Shown here: positions 22,224-34,489 of the stretch, piece after piece
Layout of the letters: each line of letters begins with the position of its first letter
Position numbering within the stretch: position 1 is the stretch's first letter
Origin: Macrostomum lignano
Lineage: Eukaryota
Assembly: GCA_002269645.1 (NCBI GenBank)
Contig: NIVC01000019.1
Location: 1,488,001 to 1,552,000, forward strand
Length of the DNA stretch: 64,000 bases
Direction of reading: 5' to 3'
Program-made: the position numbers and the translations under genes
Notes under the pieces: model-generated
What the model was told of the DNA's origin: nothing
The model's input: only the letters and a program-made list of their open reading frames with translations
Database searches by the model: none

Positions 22224-23782
22224 TGAAGTGAAACGAAGGCGCCGTTAGCAAGAGGATGGGAGAAATCAGCCGACACGCGCGTGATGCGTGAACAAGCATC
22301 CAGCCTTGGCAGCAACTCCCCAGATGCACAAGATCTGCATGCCTAAAAATAGTCCTGATGATCGGCGAGCAAGAAGCCCAGCCATGCGACCCTCGCGTGA
22401 TGCATGCACAACCTCTGACCGACACTGCCTATTGGGCCTCGAAATCCCACTCTCTCTCCCTACTGCTCCTATTCCTCGTTGCTCGCGTACAGTGTGCTAG
22501 CTTATAAAATATACTGATTGAAGAGGAAAGATCCTCGCCTGAAGTTTGAGAATGTGACTCTAGAGATCACACAGAGAAAGTTACCATCGAGGTCCATCGT
22601 TCGTTGTTTTCCTGAACTGTTGGCAGAAGGAAACGATTATAATATGGGAAAAAGCCATATAAATTGTCGTTTCAATTGGTTCCACTGACCGCGTGAGTCG
22701 CCGCTAGACAGAAGTCTCAGATACCATGCAGTTATCGCTCTGCTGCATGTCTTCAACAGCCATTCGAATGAATCGAGAACTGAGACTTTCCTGCCTTCAG
22801 TAAAGGAAAACTTCGAACTAAACAAGACCAATGGACGAAGATCAAGAAGCGACACAGTTTACCCTTCCAAGAAGAAACTTTCGTTGAGAGATCTACACAA
22901 TCAATTTGGTCAAGACGGTATTTTTCCGACGTCCTATTTAACTGCAATGTACCTTCAGCCAGCATCCCGATCAGACTGTCTACCAGACGCTGTTTCAATT
23001 TGTCGAGTCTCCGTGTCCAGTCCTATTTGCGTCACTGTTTAGGGCATCGAAAAGCCCATTCAATTTGTCGAGTTTCCAAGTTCACGTCAATCCCCCTCTC
23101 AGATCTGATTAAATAGTCAAGAGGATATGCTGGTACAATTCATCCACTGTTGTCACAAGTTCACTTTGCCCCTTGACCAAGTTTCGTGTTTCAACAACAT
23201 CAACTCAACTGCAAGTTACTAAGTGGGACTGCGTATCGCAAGCAAATGCACAACTGTACGCCATGTCATCATTGCTCCAAGCTTATTTTCAACAGAGCTC
23301 GGAGGGCCTCGCTTCCCTGAAAAAAGAGCGACTGAAGTGAAACGAAGGCGCCGTTAGCAAGAGGATGGGAGAAATCAGCCGACACGCGCGTGATGCGTGA
23401 ACAAGCATCCAGCCTTGGCAGCAACTCCCCAGATGCACAAGATCTGCATGCCTAAAAATAGTCCTGATGATCGGCGAGCAAGAAGCCCAGCCATGCGACC
23501 CTCGCGTGATGCATGCACAACCTCTGACCGACACTGCCTATTGGGCCTCGAAATCCCACTCTCTCTCCCTACTGCTCCTATTCCTCGTTGCTCGCGTACA
23601 GTGTGCTAGCTTATAAAATATACTGATTGAAGAGGAAAGATCCTCGCCTGAAGTTTGAGAATGTGACTCTAGAGATCACACAGAGAAAGTTACCATCAGG
23701 TCCATTGTTCGTTGTCTTCCTGAACTGTTGGCAGAAGGAAACGATTATAATATGGGAAAAACCCATATAATTTTTCGTTTCA
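22224..23782 (+). mobile_element. Complete non-autonomous LTR retrotransposon (TRIM-like)
   Basis: LTRs 22224-22674 and 23333-23782 (TGAAG...TTTCA); 4-bp TSD CCAG; PBS TGGTTCCACTGACCG at 22677; PPT GAAAAAAGAG at 23319-23328; 658-bp internal region without gag/pol. Confidence 0.92.
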
Positions 23783-25313
23783 CCAGGTGTGTGCTCACTG
23801 ATGTACCAGAGGCCAGGTGTGTGCTCACTGATTTACTTGAGGCCAGGGGTGATCACTGATTCACGCGGAGGAATATAGCGGCTATGGAGGATAATTGTGT
23901 GCAAATAACTAACAGCTGCCACATTAACTGCATGTAAGACTTCAGTGCTTAAATTGCCAAAAAGAAATGTCGTGGCAATAATATGCGCGCAGTTATGGTG
24001 CATTTCTATATATGCATATATTTATATTTAATGATGACCGCAAATGAGAATAGAACCTCAGAGAGTCTGTCTCATTATGAATGCAGTTTTGCACAGGTAC
24101 AATTATATAAGCTTATCTTACAAATAAAACATCGATTACTAGAGGACTGGATCTGGGTGTCTCTGAGTCAGCATTAAGCGACTGATGTATGATTATATAT
24201 ATATGGAAAATTAAAAAAGATTACTTATAGAAATGCCATAATTATTTATGATTACACAGATGCAAAGGGAACATTGAAGGTAACCATATGCATGTATGTA
24301 CATCGCAGCGGAAATATTTGTTAATGTTATCAAGCAACAGCAACATACTACTTATGCTCTCCATAGAACGAGTAGTGCCTGATGGATATATGTGCCGATT
24401 CAGAGGAACTACGCAGAGAAACTGATGAATTATAAAATCACATCGGATATAACGTAGTGGGTGTTCTTAATTACCTTGTGCAAAATTAATACAACAAAAT
24501 TACCTGCGAATAAGCAATGATGATACTAGTAGTATGCGCTGGTTATTAATCAATAAAACGATTATTTTAAAAAACTGTACTCTGAATATTTTTAAATATA
24601 AAAATGGCACAACAAACAGAGAAGTTTAAAAACAATCAAAACCTGATCTTACCTACTAATCAATCAATCAATATTTTATTACGACGGCAAAAATCATTAC
24701 AAATTTTGTAGACTCAACGAAATTGCTCAGGATGAACTGAAAGCTTTACATAACAAGTATGCTAAAAATGAAACATTACTCTTTAAAAACAGCATCAATA
24801 TATTGAACATTCTGAAAATATTTTCAATTAAAAAACAGCTCGAACGCAGATATTACGAGAAAAGCAAATTAGAAAAAAAACAGGAAACTGGGAAGAGGTG
24901 AGTTGATAAAGCTTGGTGCATGCGGTTCAATTGTGCCCAAGGATAAGTACGGGGCAGGGTAGAGATGAGAGTCTGTGTGAGAATAGCTCAAAGGAGAGGA
25001 GAATAGAGACGGATAGTAAAGACAAGGAGAGGGAGGTAGAGGGGAGTGGGGGTTGAGGGGAGGTGGTGTAGAGGGGAGAGAGGGTAGAGGGAGAGGGGTA
25101 AGAGGTAGACGGGAGAGGGAGAGAAGGCAAGAGGGGGTGAGCGAGTGAAAGGGTGAGTGAGCAAGGTAGAGGGGAGGGATCCGAATACTCGAGTGTCATT
25201 ACTGACAGACAGGAAGCAAGGCGTGCACAGGTCCTGAGCACACTCCTCAGTCAGAAGAAGCCGCCCAGACCGTCAGCCCCCCCCCCAGTGCTGCAGAATC
25301 CTCACCCCCGAGT

Positions 25314-28300
25314 TCACGGGGAGCCGCCGCCAATCTGCTTGGACTGCACAAGGCCGCGGCTCTCCAGCCGTCGCAGGCGCTTCTCAACCAGCTGAGTGGC
25401 CTCGGTGAGAATTCGTTGATCCCGCTGCGACGAGGCGATCTCGGCCAGGCCATGCAGCAGCACCCTGGCCGCCTTGTACTGACGGAAGCAGTGCTCCAGC
25501 TCGCCGAATGCCTCCTCCAAGGTGGCGGACTCAAACATTTCCACCGCGTACTGATAGATCAGCTTCTCGGCTGACAGGTCGCTTGACAGCTGCTTCTGCA
25601 GTTGGGCGTCTGGCACCGACGTGGTGTGGCGCTGCAGCTGCTTGCATCTGGATTGGGTCAGACGGTGGCGCATATAGCAAGCGCTAATTTGCTTCCGCAC
25701 TACTGTTTAGAGCTAGTTCTAAGTAGTATGAAAGTTTGGTGAAAATCTGTTCTTAAATAAATAGACTTGTGCAGAGTTAAACTGTGTCCGAGTGGCTCGG
25801 GGACTCGGGAATCGAACCATCGACCTGTCATCCCCACTCTAACCTTTTAGGCTACAACGCCTCCAAACTACTTAATAGACATTAGCATAAGTAGTATCTC
25901 TCACCGAATGTGGCACTGGTGATAGTGCCGGTTCATAATAGTCAGCAGCTCTTTCACGGCGGCAGTTGGGCGCAGCACGGAGCGGCTGAGCTGGTCTCTG
26001 GCCAGTCTGACAGCGTTGCTAAGGAAATGCTGAATCCTTGAGTACAGCAGCAGCTGCTCAACATGACGCTGCAGTTCGCTGGGCAGGCCGAGCGCTGAGC
26101 TGGCCGCAGTCAGCGGAGCTGACCGGCTCTGCGCCAGCTCGGTGAGGTAATCAACAAAGGTGAGCACAAAGCGCAGCTTCTCAACCGTTTGCATGTGCTC
26201 TGCGCTCATCAGCGTCTCCTCTGACAGCTCCGGCGCCGCCTCGCCGTCCAAATCGTCGTCGTAGTCGTCGGCGTCGGCGTCGCCAGCAGCGGCGCCCGAG
26301 GCGTCCAGGTTGCCAGGCGCGGAGGCGGCGGCAGCAGCGGCCATGTAGAACGGCACCAGCGAGCTGGGCGGCGGCGAGGCCGCGCCGAATCCGCCGACAT
26401 CAGCGAGGCCAGCCAGCGACGCCGGCGAGCCGCTGCAGCCGGAATCTCCGCGACGTCGTCGGCGACGTTCCAAGCTGAACTGGACCTGGGCGAGACCGGG
26501 CAGATGGCGGCAGGGCAACTCGGTGAATGTGCGGAATGAACTACTCATGATTGAGTAGTGCGTAGAGAGTAGGGCTAGCGTTTTTTTTAATTACACCTGT
26601 CCCAATCGGGCTAAATGTGCAACCGACAGCTCAGCCGCAGCTCCGAGTATTACGCGGCGCATCTGAAGGCTGCGTACGGCTGTTCAGTCCAAGGACTGGG
26701 GGGTCGCCGCACACGCCCTCAATTACCCCAGCTAATGCTGGCACCCATTTTACAGCTGGGTGGACTGAAGCAATGCAGAGTTAAGTGTCTTGCTCAAGGA
26801 CACAGATTGTCCCAGTGGGATCGGGAATCGAACCCCCGACCTTCAAGTCGTGAGTCCGACGCTCCAACCACTTGGCTACAACCCCGGGGCTATCATGTTG
26901 TGCTTTGTAGCAGATATGAGACGTGATATTCAATGAAATCTAACAAAAACCTATACAAACCGCACTTTTTACCTAACTAATCTGCTATTAATTTTATCAT
27001 CTACCTTAGCAATATCTTAAAGATTCCATCATCTTACTGAAATCCAAATGAAAAAATACTCAGGCCAAGAAGCGTCCCCAAAGTCAGATGATGTCCCTAA
27101 AGTCCCCTAAAACGACGAAATGTAACGGTATAAGTCGCCAAAAAGTTGTCAGACTCTTGGGCCGTAGAGTCGTAACCTGAGGCGTACTGGAGTCGCTGTA
27201 GAATCGCTGAATTGCGTCTCAAGCGCATCTGTGCCACTTTGTAAATTAGAATCGCATTTCGCATTTGAGTCTACTTGAGTTAGTAGACAGTTAAGCGCTG
27301 ACACAAAGACTCTCGGACGCCTTTTTTGCGTTTCTTTTACAACTCACGTGATGCCCTTGTGACTCAACAGTCGCCTCTCTATCGCATTGCAGTCGTTTGA
27401 GTCGTTAAAAAAGCCCCAAAAGTCGCTAGAATCAATCACTAGTGAGTTGCTTGCAATGCTCCTTTCAGCAAACAAATCCTATTATATATTTTAGTAGAAT
27501 CCTCTAGCAAACTCATGCACTTACTATAAAAGTAGCATAGCAAAGGCACAAACCTGCGGAGGCGACATCTTAGCCAAATCGAATCCGCCAGCGACCAGGT
27601 CTTTGCTGCTGCCCCTGTCACCAGGCGAGGTCGGCACCGCCCTGCCCACAGTTCCAGCAGCAGCCGCAGAAGCTGGCGCTGTTCCAGCAGGCGCCGTCGC
27701 CGTCGAGCCAGTAGGGGGCGGAGGCGAAGGCGAAGGCGACGGCGACGGCCGAAGCAGATTTCTCGACCGTTCAATGCTACCGGAAGAGGCTTGGAACAGG
27801 CGGGCGGCGGCAGCGGCACCGGCAACTGGCGGCTCCTCGGCCCCGTCCTGGCCAATCAGCACGAAGTCGTGGCCAGGCTCGGCTGCGGGAGCCCCGGCCG
27901 GTGCCGGCTGCTGCTGCTGCTGCTGCTTCCGCGGCTGCTGGCGCTGACTTGAAGCAGTCGGAGTTGGCGGCAGCGGTCGCCGATGCTGTTGCTGTTGAAG
28001 CAAAGGCGGCGAAGCCTCAGACAGCGGCGACGCCGACAGCAGCTTGAGATTGTCGCCCTGAGACGCTTTCCGCTGTAGCGGCATGGGTACAGCAGAGGCG
28101 GGTGCCAGGGACAGGAACTGATGCTGGTAGAAGTCCTCGAAGCTGATCCGGTCTGCCGGATTGCGGCGCAGGATCCGCAGCAGCAGGTCGGTCAGCTCCG
28201 GCGAGGTGTTCGGCGGCACCCGCGGTCGCAAGTTGACGTTCCGTTCGTAGAAATCTTTCAACGCCTGCGGCGTGTTAGCGTGAAATGGCGCGGTGCCAGT

Positions 28301-29874
28301 GAGGCACTGGTACACAATGGTGCCGATGGACCACAGGTCCGCTTTGCTGTCGTAGTTCCAGGACATCAGCACCTCTGGCGCCATGTACATCGGACTGCCG
28401 CACAGGGTGCCCGCCATCTTGCCGTCTGCTAGGAACCTGCGGGGATTTGGGTTGCGACGTAGTATGGGAATCTGAGTGTCAGATACAAGATTCTGATGTG
28501 TCAGATCCAAGATTCTGATGTGTCAGATACAAGATTCTGATGTGTCAGATCCAAGATTCTGATGTGTCAGATTCAAGATTCTGATGTGTCAGATACAAGA
28601 TTCTGATGTGTCAGATCCAAGATTCTGATGTGTCAGATACAAGATTCTGATGTGTCAGATCCAAGATTCTGATGTGTCAGATTCAAGATTCTGATGTGTC
28701 AGATCCAAGATTCTGATGTGTCAGATTCAAGATTCTGATGTGTCAGATACAAGATTCTGATGTGTCAGATCCAAGATTCTGATGTGTCAGATACAAGATT
28801 CTGATGTGTCAGATCCAAGATTCTGATGTGTCAGATTCAAGATTCTGATGTGTCAGATCCAAGATTCTGATGTGTCAGATCCAAGATTCTGATGTGTCAG
28901 ATCCAAGATTCTGTGTTAGATCCAAGATTCTGATGTGTCAGACAAAAGATTCTGATGTGTCAGATCCAAGATTCTGTGTTAGATCCAAGATTCTGATGTG
29001 TCAGATCCTAGATTCTGATGTGTCAGATAAAGATTCTGATGGGTCAGGTACAAGATTCTGATGTGTCAGATTTAGATGTGTCAGATTCAGATGTGTCAGA
29101 TACAAGATTTTGATGTGTCAGATACAAGACTCTGGTGTGCCAGAACCAAAGATCTGACAAGCTTGGGTGTCAGAACCAAATATCTGACAAGATTGGGTGT
29201 CAGAACCAAATATCTGACAAGATTGGGTGTCAGAACCAAAGATCTGACAAGCTTGGGTGTCAGAACCAAAGATCTGACAAGATTGAGTGTCAGAAGTAAG
29301 ATGACATTACTAATTAATCCCTCCAAGCCACTGCTAACCTGGCAAAGCCGAAATCGGCTATTTTAATGGAGATCTGATGCGCCGGTGGGTACTTCTCCCT
29401 GGGACTGATAGCGTTCTCCAAGCTGGTCCAGATTGGCTCTGGCCAGTTCAATAAGAAGTTATGCGGCTTCATGTCGCGGTGCACCACCTGCCTACTGGCC
29501 AGAGCTTGCATAGCCCTGGCGATCTGGCGCAGAAAATGCCGGATGGTGTCCTCAGACAATGTCTTCTTGTCCATCAGATAGCCAGCCAGGTCGCCGCCAT
29601 TGCAGTATTCCATGACCAGAAACACCCGATCCCCAGTTTCAATGCAATCCAATAGGCCAACCACATTATCGTGCTTGAGAGTGCTCAGCTCTTTCAGAAT
29701 TTTTATCTCCTTGCTCAATAGATTCTGAGATTTGGCCAGATTCTTCTTCTGAATAACTTTGATGGCCACTTTGCGATGCTGTGACACGCTGTGCCGGCCT
29801 TTGTAAACCAGGGCGAAGGCGCCGTGACCAATCAGCTCTCTTGTGGAGTATTCGAACTCGCCAACTGATTCCAT
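25314..29874 (-). CDS. ULK1: ULK1/ULK2 (Atg1/unc-51) autophagy kinase; exons 29874-29339, 28436-27554, 26485-25905, 25647-25314 (777 aa)
   Basis: [40 protein letters not shown]|[17 protein letters not shown], and a C-terminal tandem-MIT-like region ([11 protein letters not shown]; [17 protein letters not shown]). GT-AG introns are phase-consistent. Confidence 0.95.
25770..25864 (-). mobile_element. Truncated tRNA-derived SINE in ULK intron 3
   Basis: Minus strand GGAGGCGTTGTAGCC..GGTTAGAG..GGTTCGATTCCC, plus an AACTCTGCA core remnant shared with the full copies. Confidence 0.55.
26590..26887 (-). mobile_element. tRNA-derived CORE-SINE with A-tail (ULK intron 2)
   Basis: A/B-box head (GTGGTTGGAGC; GGTTCGATTCC). 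Core GTGTCCTTGAGCAAGACACTTAACTC..CAGTCCACCCAGCTGTAAAATGGG resembles the MIR CORE. Near-identical copy at 41456-41729. Confidence 0.8.
27058..27455 (+). mobile_element. Repeat family X, longest copy (ULK intron 2)
   Basis: Shares blocks with 1-243, 8740-9226 and 14450-14570; starts TACTCAGGCC. Confidence 0.65.
28478..29290 (+). repeat. 22-bp minisatellite TCAGATACAAGATTCTGATGTG grading into a related 30-bp unit (ULK intron 1)
   Basis: Period 22 to ~29130; GTGTCAGAACCAAA(T/G)ATCTGACAAG(A/C)TTGG x5 at 29136-29290. Confidence 0.95.
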
Positions 29875-30627
29875 TGGATCTGACTAGGCTAATACAATAG
29901 GTCTGTTTGCCAAGCAGAGTCAGAGAGCACTCTGTGTGCTATTGGACTGCAGCTCTGCTAGTGAGTGCTGCACATCAACCAAGAGTTAACATTGGATTCT
30001 GTAGTAATGGATGCTTCAATTCAAATTCTATTCTATTCAATTCAATTCTGGTCTTTTCATTTAACTTTGTCTAACCGAATGCAATCAATGAATTTATTGA
30101 TAGTTAGCCAAAAGCAAACCTCTTTTAAATCTGACTTGGAAAATAGAATTCTTTTTAATTAACAGTTTTATATCTTTATTAAAGTAAAATAATAAGTAAA
30201 GCTATTATAGTTTTAACATTGTAATTTTAGTTAACCTATTGTAAACAAAATGGTAATATGCACAAAAAATGCAAACTATTGTCTTGTTTTTCGTATAAAA
30301 TATTTAGTTCACTTAGTAATATCATATAAAGAAAATGAATCAATATGGAGATAGACTCTGTCATTTAAGCTTGTCCTATATATGTGTATAATAGATTTCA
30401 AAATAAATGGCATAACCAATCTTTTTCAAACTTGCAGCTGTTTTTAAAGCATTAACTTTATAATATAGGCACTAGGGTAAAGTGCTATTATTTTTTATAC
30501 CTTTCCATTATACTAAATAAAAATCTATGCAGTTATGCACATATTTAATAAGTAGATAGTACCTTGGTCACAATATTATAAAAAGTGTATGAAAAACTAG
30601 AAAATTAACTATTTTGTAGAGTTCCAC

Positions 30628-30923
30628 TATATATGCGCAACAGTTGGTTGAGTTGGCCAATCTAGCAAACCAATTTGGTGGCCAACCAAGGTAAGTTGCA
30701 AAAATGCCCACCCAAATAAATACCCAAGTAGTACTAAGTAGATAATAAGGCATTTTGCCTTAATAATATAGTCATAGTTACTCCTGCCATTTACCCAAAG
30801 TTGCGTTAATTTTGCTTTAGGTTTCTTTTACATGTAAGTCGCATTTTTGGCCAAAAACTATATTGAATTTTTGTTAAAACTAAGTTGCATGGCCAACCAA
30901 ATTTTAGAGGTTGCACATGTATG
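30628..30923 (+). mobile_element. hAT-type MITE copy A (296 bp), 8-bp TSD AGTTCCAC
   Basis: TIR (T)ATATATGCGCAAC / GTTGCACATGTATG; TSD at 30620-30627 and 30924-30931; homologous to 34490-34777 in inverted orientation. Confidence 0.8.
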
Positions 30924-31614
30924 AGTTCCACTATAACTATTTTTTTATACATTGATATCTATAGCCATATCTTAAATTTTTTTCTATAGCCTATCTATAT
31001 CCATAGCTAATAAACTTTCCATAACTATTGTATAATACTGAGACCTAGACCTTGATAGATACCTTAAAGAGATAGCTAGACGTTGCATATATAACCATGC
31101 TGGATATAGTATTTGGGGTATGCATTAGTCTAGACAATGAGACCAATGCGGCCAATGCCACACTTTACACAAGGGTATATCTAATTTAGCTTTCTAACAT
31201 ACTGCATAGGCGATGATTTTGACTAGGCCTAGCTAGCCATATTATCAAGTTGAAGGCCTATTGCCATAAGCCACTATATAAAATGCTATTATTCAAGTTG
31301 CAGAGACCATATAGCTAAGGCCAAGGCAAATGTCCACTCTTCTCTTCGCTCTCTGTTCTGCCTCCTTTTCTCTCCTCTTTCTTTTTTTCTAAAACTATAG
31401 ACCTTTTTATCTTTAATGTCTTGCTTAAGAGGCCTTTACTTTTAAAGACATATGCTTTTATTCTATAGGCCCTAAATAGTGCAAAGAGAATTATATAGAT
31501 AGAGAATTAAAAAAAATTACAAAGCTTTATAGTTTTGGAATGTGATTGGCACGAATTGGCACAAATGCAAAGTGTGTCAAAAGACGAATTCATTTGGTAC
31601 CCCTTAGGCCTACA

Positions 31615-32150
31615 CCATAGTCAGGAAGGTGTCCCATACACCCTGGAATGTACGCCGAGGAAAGGCTTCATGTGCAGGCTGATGTACGCCGATCTTTCAG
31701 AACTTGATTTTCCAAACTCTACAGGTATGCCAAATTGTACGCCAAAAAATTACGATTAATATTTTTTTAAACTGTAGCGGAAAATGAGTGTTGATAAACA
31801 AAGTAAAAATTGTACTAATTAAAAGCGAGGGGATTTTAGATTATATTTGCAAATTTACTTTATAAATAAATTTCCCCTTGAGCATAAAATTCTAAAAAAG
31901 TAAGATAAGTAAAAAAGATTTTTAATATCAATTTTTTAACTTCACGTATTTTAGTATTGCATTATCACGACACAACAAAGCAATTTGAACAATAACCCTT
32001 TGTACGGTATACAAGAATGCTATCCAATAGGTATGCCAATCATTTTGGCATACCAAAATTTGCACGCCAATAATGTACGCCAAAATTTATCTAATGTAAA
32101 TGCATGCTGGAATTTTCCAGCGTATAGGACACCTTCTTGCTTGACTATGG
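31615..32150. mobile_element. hAT-type MITE (536 bp), TIR CCATAGTCA.., 8-bp TSD GGCCTACA
   Basis: TSD at 31607-31614 and 32151-32158; ~40-bp imperfect TIR (GAAGGTGTCC.ATAC..CTGGAA); GTACGCC subterminal repeats. Confidence 0.82.
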
Positions 32151-34096
32151 GGCCTACAAACACATTTTAGAAGCAAATATCTTAGAAAATACAAAAGGCA
32201 ATCATATGTTTAAAATATTATTGTAAAGCTGAGACATGTATCAAGAATTGATAAAAAGTTTCAGAGCAAATGATTGAAGCATAGAGATGTAGTGATAAAT
32301 CAAAGTTTTGGTTGAAATATATATAGGCATCTCTATATATATTTCTTGATGCATGTCTCAGTTTTGCAATGACATCTTAGACAAATCAAACATCTTAGAT
32401 TCTTTGCTTACACATTTTTAAAGCTGAATATGGCATCAGAGTAAAGAATGTATCCCAAAACATGAATTCATTTTTTGTTTGAATTATTTGTTTGAAGGAA
32501 AAAATATCTGTCAGGGAACTTGCACATCAGGACAGGATGACTATTTAGGGCCTAATATCTAAATATTATAAAAACACAATTAGATCAATCAATTAGATCA
32601 ATTAGAACAATCTTTCTTCCACAAACTACATGTTACATGTCCTAAATGCATGGAACAGTTTTAACAAATTCAAATAGCTGCTAACTTAACTGCTTATGAT
32701 AGTACTCCATGCCACTCCTAAAGCTGTGTACAGTAGCATCTTTATTCCCCATAGACGTTCTTTGCTAAAATGCCACGTCAGTGAAAGCCACGTCATCATT
32801 ATGTTACTGTAATAAGGGCCATAGACATTCCTTTGCCTACCAACGGCTTTACGGTATATTAGATATATAATATTAACAAAGCTGCTACTTTCTCAGCTAG
32901 GAAAGGGCTGGGTACACTGGAGAGCTTGAAAATAATCATCTCAGAGCAAGATAGTTCAGAAATCATTGAAAAAATAATTTAACAAAACAAACAAAACTTG
33001 AAGATTGCCCTTTTTTTATTAAAGCTTCATTGAAATTATTGCCTTCCATATACTAAAATCTAAAACTATATATATATATAGGGTAACTATTTAAATGACT
33101 TTAACTTATATAAACATTGCAGTTTCTTTAGTTCAAATGGAAAGTAAATACAAACTTCAATGGTAACTATTTATTGAAATTAAGTTAAGACAAGTTAAGC
33201 AATGTTAATGATATTGTTATCCAAAAGATTGCCTTATTAGAAATCAATACCTAGAAATAGAAGGCTAGTGGCTAACTTGTAGACCTAGATATTTAAACTA
33301 ATAAAGGTTTGAGTGAAAAATTTGAAAAGGCAACGAGTAGGCCTAGGCGGTAGGCCTAGGTAGGCCCATGTCTTATTTAATTTCGTGGATCGTGGATGTA
33401 ACGGAGACGGATGTGCCTAGGGTGTAGGGCGATACGCTCTAGTTGAAAAATTGACAGAAATGCACAATGCAGCAGAGTTCAGCTGGAGCGGGGCTGGGCA
33501 TGGGCAGCTCAGCTGGGGCTGTGTAGGCGTAGGCCTAGGCCAAGTACAAGTCAATTCGATGACATGACAAACAAACAGATTGAATAAAGTACTGATAATT
33601 TATCCACTTAGCTATCACTACTAAAATCTGAATGTGAGAAAACTTGATCTCACTCTTCCGATTCCGACCTGCCTTTCCAGGTCCAGGGTAAGTCAGCTGA
33701 TTTAAGATGATCTGATGAAACCATGAAAGTGACGAAATTAATATATTTCAACATTTGAACAACAATGACTTACGGCCCTATTGCGTCAAGTAAAACAAAA
33801 ATTAAAGCTTTTTAGCATTTAGGTGGGAGCGAATTCGTAATATAAAATAATTTATACTGCTATGACGTCTATGTCTACAAATACTACTCAAAGACGTGTT
33901 ATTAATATTATTGAATACTCACCGAGGGTGCTGATTTTTTACTTTGAAAGTTTTTGTTTATTATTAGAGGGTGAATAAATCAATACAGTGAAACAATAAA
34001 ATCGATATAGCTGGTGAGCAAAATTGTTTTTTGATATCACTGGATATAAAGTATCATCTCGTACGCAGAAAGAGTATTCAAGCCAGGGACTACTAC

Positions 34097-34300
34097 ACTT
34101 GGAAACTGAACTGCATGGCCAAATCACGCAAAAAATAGTTAGAGGCTGGCTTTTTCTAGTGCGCCCTAGAATTTATTATTGAACGTGGAAAACTGGGTTT
34201 TTTTTACTTTTTTTCGCCATCCTGTACAGAAGTTCTAGGGAGCACAGCTAAAAAAACCATGCAGCCTCCAACTATTTTCTGTATGATTTGGCCAGTTTCC
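34097..34300. repeat. Imperfect ~65-bp inverted repeat (foldback/MITE remnant)
   Basis: GGCCAAATCACGCAAAAAATAGTTAGAGGCTG..CCCTAGAA is mirrored at 34235-34290. Confidence 0.6.
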
Positions 34301-34489
34301 CGTCTATTACATATGTAAATGTAGTTAAAGTCAGTCGCTGATTCAAGCTGATTTTCGGTTGCCAATTATAATAAAAAGCCCCAGCTCTGGTATACTTCCT
34401 TAATGAATTTTGCAAGAATTGTTTATTAATTGATCTAAATATGTCTTCCTAAGACATTATGTAAAATAATTCTAGGTTTTCATTAATTC

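Noticed and set aside
26800-26887. tRNA genes (also 25790-25864 and 41660-41729)
   Set aside because: These are SINE heads attached to a CORE body and tail, without a complete acceptor stem.
33675-33700. Minus-strand ACTTACCCTGG resembling the U1 snRNA 5' end
   Set aside because: The match is short and imperfect, with no U1 stem-loops or Sm site.
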